The notes under the pieces were generated by a model. It saw only the letters and a list, made by a program, of their open reading frames with translations, was not told where the DNA came from and made no database searches. A DNA stretch of 64,000 nt from Oculina patagonica (Eukaryota): contig NC_135761.1 of NCBI RefSeq assembly GCF_052425735.1, forward strand, positions 36,952,001 through 37,016,000. Reading direction: 5' to 3'. The position numbers and the translations under genes were made by a program. This document shows positions 49,734-62,522 of the stretch, in pieces (position 1 is the first letter of the stretch; the number at the start of each line of letters is the position of its first letter).

Positions 49734-52700
49734 CTAGAAAACAACAGAAAATAATTAATGTGTGTAAGCACTGAATTTTTCTTCTTTGCATGTTTAGGAT
49801 TTAAATAACAAATTATTTTTTTTTTGGAAATGTTTTCTTATTACAACACAACCAATGTTCTGGAAAAAACTATTCAGTCAATAATTAAATTTAGATGTTG
49901 AAGAAGGTAGACCCTGGGAACAAGCTGGAATTTTCCTCAGGTCTCCTCATGGGAAAGGTATCGCACCAAAATACATTAATATGACTTATGAATTTGGTTT
50001 GGTGCAGCAAAAGCACGACGTTTGAACTACAGCCGTACCAGAGTCATGTAGCACGGCATGGCGTGTCTAACTAAATTGGTTTACCGAACTTAATTCAAAA
50101 GTTTGATTAAGGCACCAAACTTCTGCCGTGCTTTGTAGAACTTAATTCCTGAATTCAGTTTGGCACGGCAGAAGCATGACGTCTGAACTGGGCCTTAATT
50201 TTATTGAAATGGCCCCAGTTATCACAGAACAAACGGAATAACCTTTGTATCAGATGAGAACGTGATAACGAGTGAAAATAACTCGCAAGACAATGAATGA
50301 CAGTTCTTTTTATTAGTTCGTTTTCTTTTAAAGTACATTGAATGAGGGTAACCTCTTCTTCAGTGTAGCAAACACAAGACTTATGTGATACTAGTGTTAA
50401 ACACTCCACAGTTCCTTATGAACGAAAGTTACAGTTTTTAATAGGATTCTTTAATCAACTGAATATACACTCTCACAGTACTTGTACACCATTCCCAGAT
50501 GTACTTCTTTCAGAAAAACATTGCCTTAACGTCATTAATTATTCAAATTGATATGATTTTCTATAAAAATTAGCGTATATGAAAATGTTCTCTTATAAAA
50601 AATTGATCTGAATCGCGATACAGAAATACACATTAATTTTGTAATTTTCGACAAAACAATATAAATATTAATTCTTGCATTATTAACCATTTAATGCTTG
50701 GGTAAGAGGGGTACTCCTTCAATGTTTCGGTGGTGGAGCTCGTGTCTTAAAACCATTATTCACTTTTAACACTAATTTTACGATGTTTCATGCTCTTTTT
50801 GCATACCTCATCAATGTCAATGATTTGAGTCAAGAAAAGAAAATTAAAGAAAAAATAAACAATGTCTGACCAGGCAGCAAAAAATATCCATGTCCACAAT
50901 TTTTTCACACTTTTTTTAGACTTATTTTTACACTTATTTTAAGACTAAACTGGGATAGAGATCATTCCTTTCAGTGCGGTCCCAAGGATGTCAGTACCAC
51001 TGGCTTGTTTTTCAGCACTTTTCAAATTGATGCCACAGTAAAGCAAAGCAAACCACTATACATAAAGCAGTAAAAGGCAATCATTTGATATCAAGTTCAA
51101 ACATTTGACTTAAGAGGAATGACATTGTACAAAACTTAAGAAGCAATAGGGGGAAGATGAAACTTTATAAATCAAACACCATATCAAGCCATTTTTGCAC
51201 TGATACAGCCAACTGCTGCCTGAAGAAACATTGCATATCGACTAGTAGCACAACCTGATAATAATCCAATTATAGACTTGCATTGTATATTTCAAAAGAC
51301 TCACTATGGTCCAAAATGAATCAACAAGTAAAGACACTAATATAATGTAGTAAAAGTTAAGAGTGTAAGTATTTTAGCACAATCAGTAAGGAGATATTGT
51401 AATGTATTGAAAGCTATGTTTCTAAATAAAAATTTAAAAGTAGTTTATTTTATTTCGTCCTGTAGCTTGCAGCAAGCTGTTTAGGAATACACACAATGCT
51501 GGGAGTCGGGATTTTCCAGCCAACTATCACAGGAAAAAATTCTGAGATTCCTAATTTGGGGAAACATTGGTTATTTTTTTGTAAAACATTGGGAATTTAA
51601 TGGAAAATTAGTAAGTATACCAATAGACCATTTGCATTATGACGTAAAAGCGCAAAGAATTCTGGTAGTTGTAGTTAGGTTCGCGGGAAAACACCATTTC
51701 TGGCTTGTGATTGGCTAAGGGCAGCCAAGCGCCAAGGTGAACATCCAAGACTTTTGTTTGAAGCTTGAAGCTGAGCTGTTAAGTTTACGCTTTTGTCGCT
51801 CGGTTACCAGTCAAAAATATAGAAAACAGGATGATAGCTTTGGAATGAAACTTGACTGACAAATGTTGTTCGTTTTCAAGTAAGTTTAATATGTACATTT
51901 TGTGCGGAGTTGACTTGGTAGAATTTCATTCATCGGGGCCAACAACTTCTCTTCGTAAATAATTTTATCCTAAAATCACAGCTTCAAAAAACCGCGCAAC
52001 AGAAACAGATTGTTGAAAGGACGAGTCTAGGATATGATTAAATTTGTGTGGAATCAAGTGAAAGCAAGGCAAGCCATTGACTTTGTTCATCATCTATTTT
52101 CAGACGCTCAACAAACGATCACTTCCATCGATCGCAGGTTAATTAATTCTTGACTGAAAAGCTTAGAAAATTTACCATAAGTTATACTATGATTACTCGG
52201 CGGGGCGGTCAGTTTAATTTATTTTTACAGTGAGACAGAGAAACTATTCAAATAATTTTCCTTGTTCAATCGAGCTTCATCAATGAATCATGAAGGGTCA
52301 ATGATAGAGGATCTCCAAGCTGATCAATCAAAACTTCCCTGCGGCTGTGCCGGTGAATACAGGTTATTTGTTTATTTATCTTAAAATTGTATTTCTTTTT
52401 TCGTCAAATTAGAACTAATTGCAATTTTCTTTAACAAAGAAGCTTTCTTGTTTTTTGTAGTGAAAATGTCAACTCGTCGATTTGGAGTTGTGGTTTCAAT
52501 ACGAGCGAGGGCCGTGTGAGCAAATATAATTTTATTTACATAATTGTGTTGATGAGCGATTACTTGTGAGACTCGAAAGGTGAGCTTCAAAGATTTTTAC
52601 GAGTGCAGACATTATGTACTGTACTCCCCAATGTTTAAAAAAAGGAAAAATATTGCGTCTTTGTATACTATTTGAAAATACCTGGCAAGCAAAAGCTTAA

Positions 52701-54017
52701 GGAATTTAATTAAATAACAGCGCGACTGAGACTCGACTGGAGGAAACACTCGTTGTCTTGTTGAAACTTCACTACAAAACGCAACCCAGCAAATATACAA
52801 TTTCTTTCATACCTTTTTTCATTTTAACAGACTTGGTTTTATTATACTGAGAACTTGCTTTTTGCCTTTTAAGTGGCGCCTTAGGAACGCCTTTTTCGGT
52901 GAGAGTAATTTTCTTTACCTTCATCACGATTTTCTTGGGCTAGCGGGCTTGATGACAATTCAAAATTTCCCGCGAAAGGTGTTTTTTAAGGCTTAGATTT
53001 CTGAATGCAGGTACATGAAATATTACAGCACATAACAGCTGTGCGCTGTAATCGGAGAATTTTCAGTCTCTGTCGGTTTCTCTGTATCTGTTTCGGCTGC
53101 AAGCAAAAAAAGTAAGAATTAGGTTACTTATGTGAAGAAGATAAATCCAATGTGCTAAAATTCAGACACTGAATCTAGATGTAATTCAAGCTTTAATAAA
53201 ATTTATACATGTGTACATGTAATGACTGCTACTTATTTGTGATTTCATAGAAATAACAGAACTAGGGGGATTACTCCCAGGGGGTGGGGTACTCCCATAA
53301 ATTTCAGATAGGGGCGTGCCGCTAAGGTTCGTAAACCCTGACCCTATTTAAGGATAAAGAAAGCGAAAATTGATACCATTTTAAGGCCCAAGAATGAGTT
53401 CATTTGTCATCATTAACTTACCGAGGGCTTCGCTCATTTCTGGTTCACTTAAAATGGCCCTTTTGGCTGGTCTTCTTGATTTCTATTGAAGCAAAAAAAA
53501 ACCCAACAAAGTTGTCAATGATGTAACACTTTTAAGTTCAAGCAGCCGCTGAAAAAAAAAATCAGAAAAATGGAAAACTGGTCATTGGGTCATTGAACTG
53601 CTCTTGTAGATTGCTACATTTGCATAAATTAGCTCTGGAGAAATGCTTCAAAAATTCCAGCCTTGATAATGATATGAGCCATTACCATACTAGTTAAATT
53701 GCTATAAGCAAGTCTCGTAAAACTAGAATCCATAATAACATGTATTCCTGTCAACAAAAAGCCCAGTATATTATAGTAAAAGGCACTGTCAAGCTGCAAA
53801 ATTATTTATAACAAAATACTGCAATGGTAGCAGCTTTTATCAAAGCTACATGCATGTTGGTTAAGGGGTTACTCTTTAAAATCTAATAATAGAATGAGGA
53901 TTATTTTATCGAAATGTTTACTAGCATGGTGATGTCCCATGCACAGGTCTTGTTAAACTAAAAGAAAATTTCAGCTAAACCATCAAATAACAGCTATTTA
54001 TGTATACTTGTCCTAAC

Positions 54018-54375
54018 CTTGGCCAAATTCTATTTCTGGAAGTTCACAAGAGGCCTGGAGTGAGGATACTAACTCTGACAATATCAAACTGTTATTGTTG
54101 TTGGACCTAAAATAAATCTTGGTATTTCCTTGCCATTTGTTCTGGCATTCCTTCCGAATAATCTTAATCCTAAAGAGAACAAGTAAATAGAAAATTAATT
54201 AGAACTGGTTGGATGCATGTCTCACCAATTAAAAAAAACATCCTTACTTACTTGCGTTGATACAGAGCTTTTTGTTCTGGAGTCTAGCTTTTCTTATCGT
54301 TTTTTGTTATTTTCACTTTCATGGTTGTGTCAGACACATTTGGCAAACTTTCCTTTTGTTGGCTTTCTTTTTTGT
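54018..54375 (-). pseudogene. Two phase-compatible exons of unknown product (one in-frame stop)
   Basis: Exons 54252-54375 and 54018-54169 have canonical acceptors and donors; the joined peptide is ...KKS*TPEQKALYQRKIKIIRKECQNKWQGNTKIYFRSN... Confidence 0.45.
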
Positions 54376-54594
54376 CTAAAACATGGCACAAATGACTTTT
54401 AATTTACATTTAGTATATATGCTATATGTAAATATGTGATTTCCAAGTTAAGGCATAGGTGCTAGAAATGTTCAACATGACTCCTCGTGAGCTCACCTGT
54501 GTTGTTCTGGTTATGAGTGGGCCATCAAAATCTTATTTGACCAATATAGAGGTGTGAGGGGAAGGGGAGAACAAGAACAGAAAAGTTACATTCA

Positions 54595-55087
54595 GGGCCT
54601 GATTACATGAGCCGGGCTGGCTCGGTTTGCCGAGATCTCGGAACGTCTGTTAAACGCAACAAAAATCAACTTCGCGATTACATGACAGCCGGACCAGCCC
54701 CGGTTAGCCGAGATCCCGGTATCGCGATGCCGAGATCTCGGCTAGCGGGGATGAAAATTTTCCATGTAATCGCGTTCACCAGGGCCAGCATTATATTTCT
54801 CTTCTGAGTACAATATCCGACAAAAAAATCAATGCAACTCCTTCTAAATAGGATGTAGAGGTAAAGTAACCCATCCAGATGCATAAGTGCAAAAAATTAA
54901 CCACCAAATAATTTTTTTATTGCCGGAAAAAGGTGATTAAGATCATTCATGCTCTGATCATTTATGCTAAAACCGGGCTGAAAGTCATCTCGGCAAACCG
55001 GGCCAGCCCGGCTAACCGGGCTCATGTAATACCGAGCTGAAAGTCATCTCGGCAAACCGAGCCAGCCTGGCTCATGTAATCAGGCCC
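54595..55087. mobile_element. PIF/Harbinger-type MITE
   Basis: TIR GGGCCTGATTACATGAGCC / GGCTCATGTAATCAGGCCC, flanked by TCA and TTA (imperfect 3-bp TSD). Confidence 0.85.
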
Positions 55088-56229
55088 TTAGTGTAAAATT
55101 CCCAACTAGAGTCACTTAAAGAAAAACCCCATCCCGGATTGTCTGACAAGGTTGGTGAATAACCCCACCCTGAGAGTCAATAAATTGGCATTGAGCAACC
55201 AATTTCCAGGGTTACGTACTGTATGAGCAAGTTTGGAATTGCTTGAGATGTCTGTTGAGATAACCTTACTTCCTGTCTTCATTGCAAAACATATAACACT
55301 GTCAAAGTAAAGTTAAATAAAGAGATAACAAACATTTAGGGAAAGTAGAGTGGATAGTAATGTTTAAGAGCAAGTTTGTAGAAGAGTCGAACAAAAAATG
55401 TTTTTTGCGGCAATTCTTAAAATACAGGGATTTCGCTCATCTTCTACATGAAGGTAGTCCTTTTTTCAAATATTTTTATTTTTCTGAGAAAAACGAAATT
55501 TTCGATTTGACGTCTAGACTCGATTGAGAGGGTACAAATTGGGTTGAAAATTGACCATTTTCAATCGATTTGTATGTCAAAACCATCACGCGCAGAAAAA
55601 AATAAATACAACCGGTCTATTGCATGACTCTTCCTTGTCCAAATAAGCTTAGTTTCAAGAGTTTTGGTTTAATCTAATTATTTTACGGTAAACAAAACCA
55701 GACTATTCTCGCGCGAAATGAAAGTCGGTCGGTCAAAAGAATCGTAATTTTCACTATGTGCCATATCTCAGAATTCCTTGAGATAAATATATTTCAACTG
55801 TAGAAGGATGATACTTTCAAAATATTCAAAGTTTTGTCTAGGTAAATGATTAAGCACTTGTCAAAAAATTATTCAAAATCGTACAAAAAACGTCACAAAA
55901 TCACGCAAGCTTTCGAATGCGTGACCAAAAGTATTACCACCGTATTTGTTCTTTAAATCAATTTAGTCGCAACACTAGCAATACCAAGGCATAAATCATA
56001 ATAAATATGTTCACCTTTGCTTGATTATGATATCCTGTCCCATGCAATACGTTTTTTCCTGTCATTTCTTCAATGGCTTCCCGTTCAGTTCGCATGCCAC
56101 TTGTCAGGAATCCGTCTGCGACTGGTGAATTCTCACTGAGGCATCTAAGAAATTGTTTAATTTTTCCAAGATTGTCACCTCAAAGTCTCCTTGTCCAACA
56201 TTGCTAATGGAATCTTCCTTTTCATCATC

Positions 56230-56760
56230 ATCTAATGAGCCAGGAGCAGCTTGAAAGTGACAATTGTTGGCTAACTCATGACTGCTTTTCAGATGCTCAA
56301 AATAGGATTGAATTGGTGGTGTTACCCTTATCCTTTTCTTGTTTTCAACTGACAGAATTCGCTTTTCATTTCACATGTAAACAAAGATGCCAAGAAGTGC
56401 TAAAGCAAACTAAATACCAAGCCGTGACTTCTTCAAGGTTTCATTTAGGATTCCATGAATCTTTTCATTTCGGCTCGTACCACCAAAGGGTTCAATGTCA
56501 GACAAGAAACCTTCCCCGTCATGGACTAGTAATTTGTCTATTTCATTTATGGCACACTGGGGAATAAGCTGTATGTCATCATGACGTACATCTTTCCACT
56601 TTCTAAGGAAGTTTTGGATGTTTTGTAACAACAATGTGGCACAAAAGAACGTCACTGTGAACTGTCAGCTCCCATCACCACAGGATTTGCGATATCTGCG
56701 GCAAGTACCAGCAGCCCTACCTTCAATCATACGAAAGATTCGACGTCAACGAGGCGTTCC
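56230..56760 (-). pseudogene. Unassigned transposase-like coding relic
   Basis: NIQNFLRKWK...EIDKLLVH..GFLSDIEPFGGTSRNEKIHGILNETLKKSRLGI*FALALLG, with stops. Confidence 0.4.
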
Positions 56761-58161
56761 CTTGTGCCGCGGAATGCCCTGCCTATGCAGAAAACAAAAT
56801 CCTCAGAGATTATTTGGCCAAATTTGATGCTGACAATCTCAGTCCTATACCTATGACCACTGCCTACTTGAAATTAAAGCTGGAGAGTGAACCAACCTGG
56901 AAGTGGCACAGTTGACAAAAGAATATCTAAGCCTTGAAGATGATTTAATAATAATGGATTACAATGGGTTTTGAATATTAGACAACCCAAGCACCGGTGG
57001 TAAAAATTTAACACTTTTGTCAACCTGAAAGCCATAAATATAAAAAGAGTATTATACCTTGGGCTCTGTCCACAGGCATTGATAAAGTGAGGAAGGATGA
57101 AGGCCTAGGGTGAGGGAGGTTGTAAGGCCAGACTGATAGTGTGAGAATTAAACTTGAAAAAAAATAGACTACCGTAAATGATCGATTATATGCCCCAGCG
57201 CTTATTTTTCCTGTTTAAGATGTGGTGCTTATTTCAAATACCTGTAAACACTGACAGGAAAATAGAGAGATGAAGTGAGACGTGTTTGGACAATTTAATA
57301 TTAAATTATTGGGAAAAGACATGTCTTTGCGACAGAAAAATAAGTGCACTTCTCTTTGCCCTGGATGCCATCTCCCGAAAGCAGAACACCGTTTTGGGAC
57401 ATTCACAAAAATTGTAATTGCCCTGATGTTAGTGACTCGTAGAGAATCATGGACGAACTCGGAGCTGCTGCCCTGTTTTACTCGTCAATGTGGAAGTCTC
57501 CACTAAGGTAATGCTGCGCTTCTCCAGGCCATAAGGGTACTCGTTAATCAAGTGGCCGCCTAACAGATCGAGCAGAAATCTCTTCACAAGATTGTGGGTA
57601 AAAAGGGGGGGGGGGGGCGATCCCCAAACAGAGACACCAGCGTGGCAACATCGCAAGATCCACCTTCAGACACAGGTAACGTTCGGCCTATTAAGCCTGG
57701 AGTAAACATACAGACAGGGTATCTTGCCAACTATGCAAGCGTGAGCACCATCTTATACGAGATTCTTCCCTTCACCTGAAGCTGTGGTTGGAGGAGAATA
57801 AGAGCAGCAAGAAAACCGTCTCGTAAATGTCTGGAGACTTAAGTCGACAACAGAAATATGCAAAATGGTGAGCACAGTGTTGCAATGATTTTAGGTGTAC
57901 TTGTTGACCTTGCAAAAATTTGCAAACTCAAAAAGCTATTTAAAAGGCACCTACTGTCGCTTGCATCTACCTGTGAACACGCGCACTCAAAACCATGTTT
58001 TCGAATGACATCAAACGTCAGTGTTGTCAAACTTTGAAGTTTCCCCGCCCAAATTGTGAAGCTTACGTGACTCAAACGTTTCGTTTCATTTATCAAACTT
58101 TGAAGTTTCCACGCCTAAAAGTGAAACTTTCTACTCGAAGTGAGTATGATATATAGCTACT

Positions 58162-61090
58162 ATGATTTTTGTAAACAAAAATGGACGAGATTATCAGAAA
58201 GGCGTCCCACTTTCAAGTGATTTGCGGAATCAAGTGAAAGTACTAGCACAGAATCATCCCTTTTCAGAAGTTGGGCAAAGATTACGCATCAGCAAGAGTG
58301 TTGTTTCAAAAATCGTGAAGCAGTACAACTTGACTGGAAGCACAGCTCCCAAAACGTTGAATCACGTCCGAACAGCTCCAAAATGCAGTTTCCAAGACTC
58401 TATTCTGTTGGAAACCATGGTACAAGCAAGTGCTTCGTCCTCTCTTAAGGAATTACGAGTTTATTTGGCCATTAACGGTGACTGTGGAGAACTTTCAACA
58501 TCAACAATTTCCAGAAATATTAGGAACAGACTTCCAAGTGGCTGCAACTATTCACGAAAAAGGCTAGACAAATGTGCGTCAGAGCGTTTTACTCCCAAAA
58601 ATATAGTGTACACTCAGTTGTATATTGACCATTTAAAAGACAAAGATCCTTCCTCTGTTAAGTTTTTTGATGAGTCTGGTTTTCAGCTGCCTGATGCCGG
58701 TCACAGAAACTATTGTTTCTTACCTGTCGGTGACGGTTGCGTTGAATTGCGAAGATACTTGTCTACCGCGAACCTCACGCTAAACTTTCTGGTTAGATTT
58801 TATGGAGTTAAGTATGGAAACGTCATAGAAGGAGCGTCGAACTCTGTACAGTTTTTACAATTCTTTGATGAGGCCTCGCAAACAGTTGATCCAATAACGC
58901 AACGACCAATTATCGAAGTCGGCGACACTGTAGTGGTAGACAATCTTGCCGCACATCATGGCGAAGCGGAAAGAGCGCTGCGAAGCTTCCTGAATGATCT
59001 GGGGATGGAGCTCGTTTTTCTCCCAGTGTATTCTCCAGACCTTAATCCTGTCGAGGAGGTATTTTCAAAGCTGAAATATTTGTTGAAGGACAAATACCGG
59101 GAACTACAATCCTCGTCAATACCCTTAGGAAGGTCGTCAAGTTTTCGCTCCCCTTCCTCCTCATTCAATGTTGAAGTCTACCTACAGACTTCAATCACAG
59201 CATATTGTCTATAATGTCTATAATGTTCAGAAATACTTCAACATTGATATGGGGGAGAGGGGGGGCCAAACATCTTGTGTAGGTACCTAGAGACTACATT
59301 TATGTCGAAGTTTTTGAAATTGCGGTGTATATGTGCAACCTTCCCAAGAGGTTATGTCTGGGATTGTATGTGAAATGACTGGGCGTTGTAGTACATCTCG
59401 GGGTCTTTACGGACTGAATTGAAAGTGTTACATGCAATCTTAGTGGATGAAATTTTCAGACGATGTTGTGTATTACCAGGCACTTTCTCCAAAGTAAACA
59501 TAATTAATTTTTCATTAAATAAAATTGGAGTGTGACGAGTTGATCGACGGGTGGAAATTATTGTTGTTTTCACAACATTGGAATTAAGAGATGTTAAATG
59601 TGAGATGGAAATTCATACAGTTTTGGCGACCAATTCCACCAGCTGAGCAGTGAAACTTGGTACCGTGTGGACACTGCTTTCCTCGCTTAGTTTTGGACAA
59701 CATCGAATAATAAATGTTATCTCTATTGTAAGCTGTCAACACCTTGTTAACAAGTTGTGTATCGCAGACAACAGTACTCCGGGAAAATACAACAGTACTC
59801 CATTAATGTTTCAGAAATTATAGCACTCGGAGTTGATTTAACAGGAAAGTATGTGGACATGGTTAATGTTTATAAAGAAATGTTTCGTTGCAATGAAACT
59901 TGAAGTACATGTTGCTTTATTAAGGGGAAAGCACACAGTACTCCATCAAAACAAGGTATTGCAATGTTATTATTCACATTATCTTTTAAACTCGAGTTTT
60001 CAATGGAGTACTGTTCAAAATCACTCAAAAACGTTACTGCAAGATAAAAGCTCCGTCTCACTTGCTTGGAGTTTCACTGCCTGACTTATAGTTAAGAAAA
60101 GCTGCATTAAATATCTTAAAATAGCGTTCTTTGGCGCGATTTTCTCATGGAGAACTGTGGAGTACTGTGAGACGAAATGTTTACAGTGTAATTAAGTTTA
60201 CTATTCCTTGCCTGCGAGAAGTCACGGAAACTGTTCACAACGTTCGCATACGGTAAATAATAATGTCACTTGGAAACAACTATGGCATTGTCCCTAGTGT
60301 TCTTTAAAGAGCGCAATAACACTGAACTAAAGATACCAAATCCCAAAAACGAATAATTCCACCCTTCTACTCCGAAGATGTTTATGTTAACTCTCCTTAC
60401 TGGCTGTATACATTTCTTTAAATGTTAGTTCGGAGAAATGAGACATGAAGAGAACAGTTTCAGTATTTTCAGTATTTTACGTTGGTTTTTGACGTCTTAA
60501 CCAAATTAGTTACACACTCCATACAGGTAAATGTTTATAAACATCAGAACATGTCACGCAATAACAACACCGCTTTTAAACCGTCTTTCACCTAATCGGT
60601 AGTTTTTATTGCTTCAACTTACAACTTGACCAAAAGAAAGAATATACTATATCTCTTGACCACACCAAACTTCAGCTTTATAGCGTACATAGTTTTTTGG
60701 TTATGGAATATTTTATGCTCTATGTCTGATTCAGACAATCCTCGTCAATACCCTTAGGAAGGTCGTCAAGTTTTCGCTCCCCTTCCCCCCTCATTCAATG
60801 TTGAAGTCTACCTACAGACCTAAATCACAGCATATTGTCTAACATAATGTTCAGAAATACTTCAACATTGATATGGGGGAGAGGGGGGCCAAACATCTTG
60901 TGTAGGTACCTAGAGACTACATTTATGTCGAAGTTTTTGAAATTGCGGTGTATATGTGCAACCTTCCCAAGAGGTTATGTCTGGGATTGTAGTATGGGAA
61001 AACCTGGAATACGCACTGTTGAGAGAAATTGGGGATGTAACAGCGGCTGATATGTACGGCTACTACAAGCATGTTGGTTATTTTATTTGA
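58162..61090 (+). CDS. DD37E transposase (paired-like HTH plus DDE_3), interrupted; 58162-59106 joined to 60992-61090 gives 347 aa
   Basis: FFDESGF; VVVDNLAAHH...FLPVYSPDLNPVEE with 37 residues between D and E. The C-terminus VWENLEYALLREIGDVTAADMYGYYKHVGYFI* resumes in frame after the insertion. Confidence 0.92.
59107..60989. mobile_element. Composite insertion: MITE copy (59107-59366), 1369-bp cargo, MITE copy (60736-60989); TA target duplication
   Basis: Two near-identical direct repeats, each bounded by imperfect TIRs (CAATCCTCGTCAATACCCTTAGGAAGG / CCTTCCCAAGAGGTTATGTCTGGGATTG). TA lies at 59105-59106 and 60990-60991. Confidence 0.9.
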
Positions 61091-61425
61091 GAAATCAAAC
61101 TGTAATTTTGGACAAAACGGTTAGTATTTTACTATTGCCATGGACGAGTATAAGAAATAGAGTGAAATATTGTAGTCATCTGAGCCAGAACTGAAGTTAG
61201 AAACGTTTGTACTACATGTACCCTAGTTTGCTAGTAATTTGTTTACTGAACTGTTCAGCAGCGTTTATATTCGACAAATTTTGCTTTGTAATTGTCACAA
61301 TATGTAATGCGAAAATCTGAAATTAAAAAGGCCTGTTGCCTAACACAATTCCAAATGTATTGTTCAACTGTTTTTGCACACAGGTGTTTTACAAAGTATT
61401 CATCCCTTGCATGAAATACCAGTAG

Positions 61426-61773
61426 CCCAGGGGGGTACTCTTGGGTCCAAGTGACGGGGATGTGCGAAGGATTTTTTTGGGGTCGAAATTTTCAATTCTG
61501 GGATTTTTTGGGTAGGAGAATTTGGCAGGTATTTTTTTGGGTGACTTGATTTAAATAGGGGATTTTTTTGGGGTATTAAAATCAAACTAAAGTGCCTTAG
61601 CGCGGCCTTGGCAATTTAGGGGTAATTTGACTAGTGATTTTTTTGGCCGTTTTTTTTTTTTGGTCCAGGGATTTTTTTGGGTAATGTCGGAAAACTTAGG
61701 GATTTTTTTGGGTCCTGAGTTTTGCCTCCATTCGATCATCCCCGTCACTTTGATCCCGGAGTACCCCCCTGGG
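61426..61773. mobile_element. MITE with CCC...GGG ends and 2-bp AG target duplication (CMC/EnSpm-like)
   Basis: AG-CCCAGGGGGGTACTC...GAGTACCCCCCTGGG-AG, with internal GGATTTTTTTGGG repeats. Confidence 0.85.
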
Positions 61774-62522
61774 AGTCACGGTTGTGTTAATTTACTTTTT
61801 AGTATACTGTCAGTTTGACCTAAGGTACTAGCCGCGCCACAACTTAGTACAGAAGAATCCATGAAGTAATCACAATAAAATATTGTCTAATAGTTTGTTT
61901 AAATTTATTGAATTTATCTCAATATCTGAGAAAACGGGTTAGTTAATTCTCCACTAGCTAAGTTTGTGTAAAAACGTACACATGCGAATAAACCATGCAC
62001 CGGTATGCAAATTCGACAACAAATGAATTTTCTGTTTTAAAAACATTCTTACATTTACTGCTTAAACTGGGAAAAAAGGAATTAAACAATTCGAAAACTA
62101 GCCTTGATTTTACACAATAACATTATTAACAATAACAGTAAAATTATTAACAATAACAGTAAATTTATTAACGGTAGAACACGCATGTGGTTAGGAAAAA
62201 TACAACACAGTCAAAGTTTCATTTAAGGACAGAAAATTCTGTGTTGGCCGCTTCTTTTGTTCCGTGTCATCTCTATTGTCAATTTATTGAATTGAAGCGT
62301 ATATGAGGCAACGCTTAGTTTTTGTATATAAACGTACACTTGCGAAAAATGACTATCGATGTGCCTTTTCGACAACAAATGAAAGATTTTTTCTTTCACA
62401 ACATCCTAACATTTACCGCGGAAATGTCGACTAGTTGTGATCTTACAATTCTTACGGTAAAAGCATTAACGCTAAAATAGCACAAAAGCTAGTTAAAATA
62501 CCACACAAAGTCAAAGTTTCAT

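Noticed and set aside
51621-55622. 4-kb TIR element bounded by CAATAGACC / GGTCTATTG
   Set aside because: There is only a 9-bp match and no convincing TSD; these are more likely ends of separate small repeats.
58162-59214. Intact 350-aa ORF or a Pax gene
   Set aside because: The last 35 aa come from the inserted repeat. The DDE motifs and TIRs identify a transposase, and there is no homeodomain or octapeptide.
59107-60989. LTR retrotransposon or TRIM
   Set aside because: The direct repeats lack TG...CA ends, no PBS or PPT is evident, the TSD is TA, and each repeat has TIRs.
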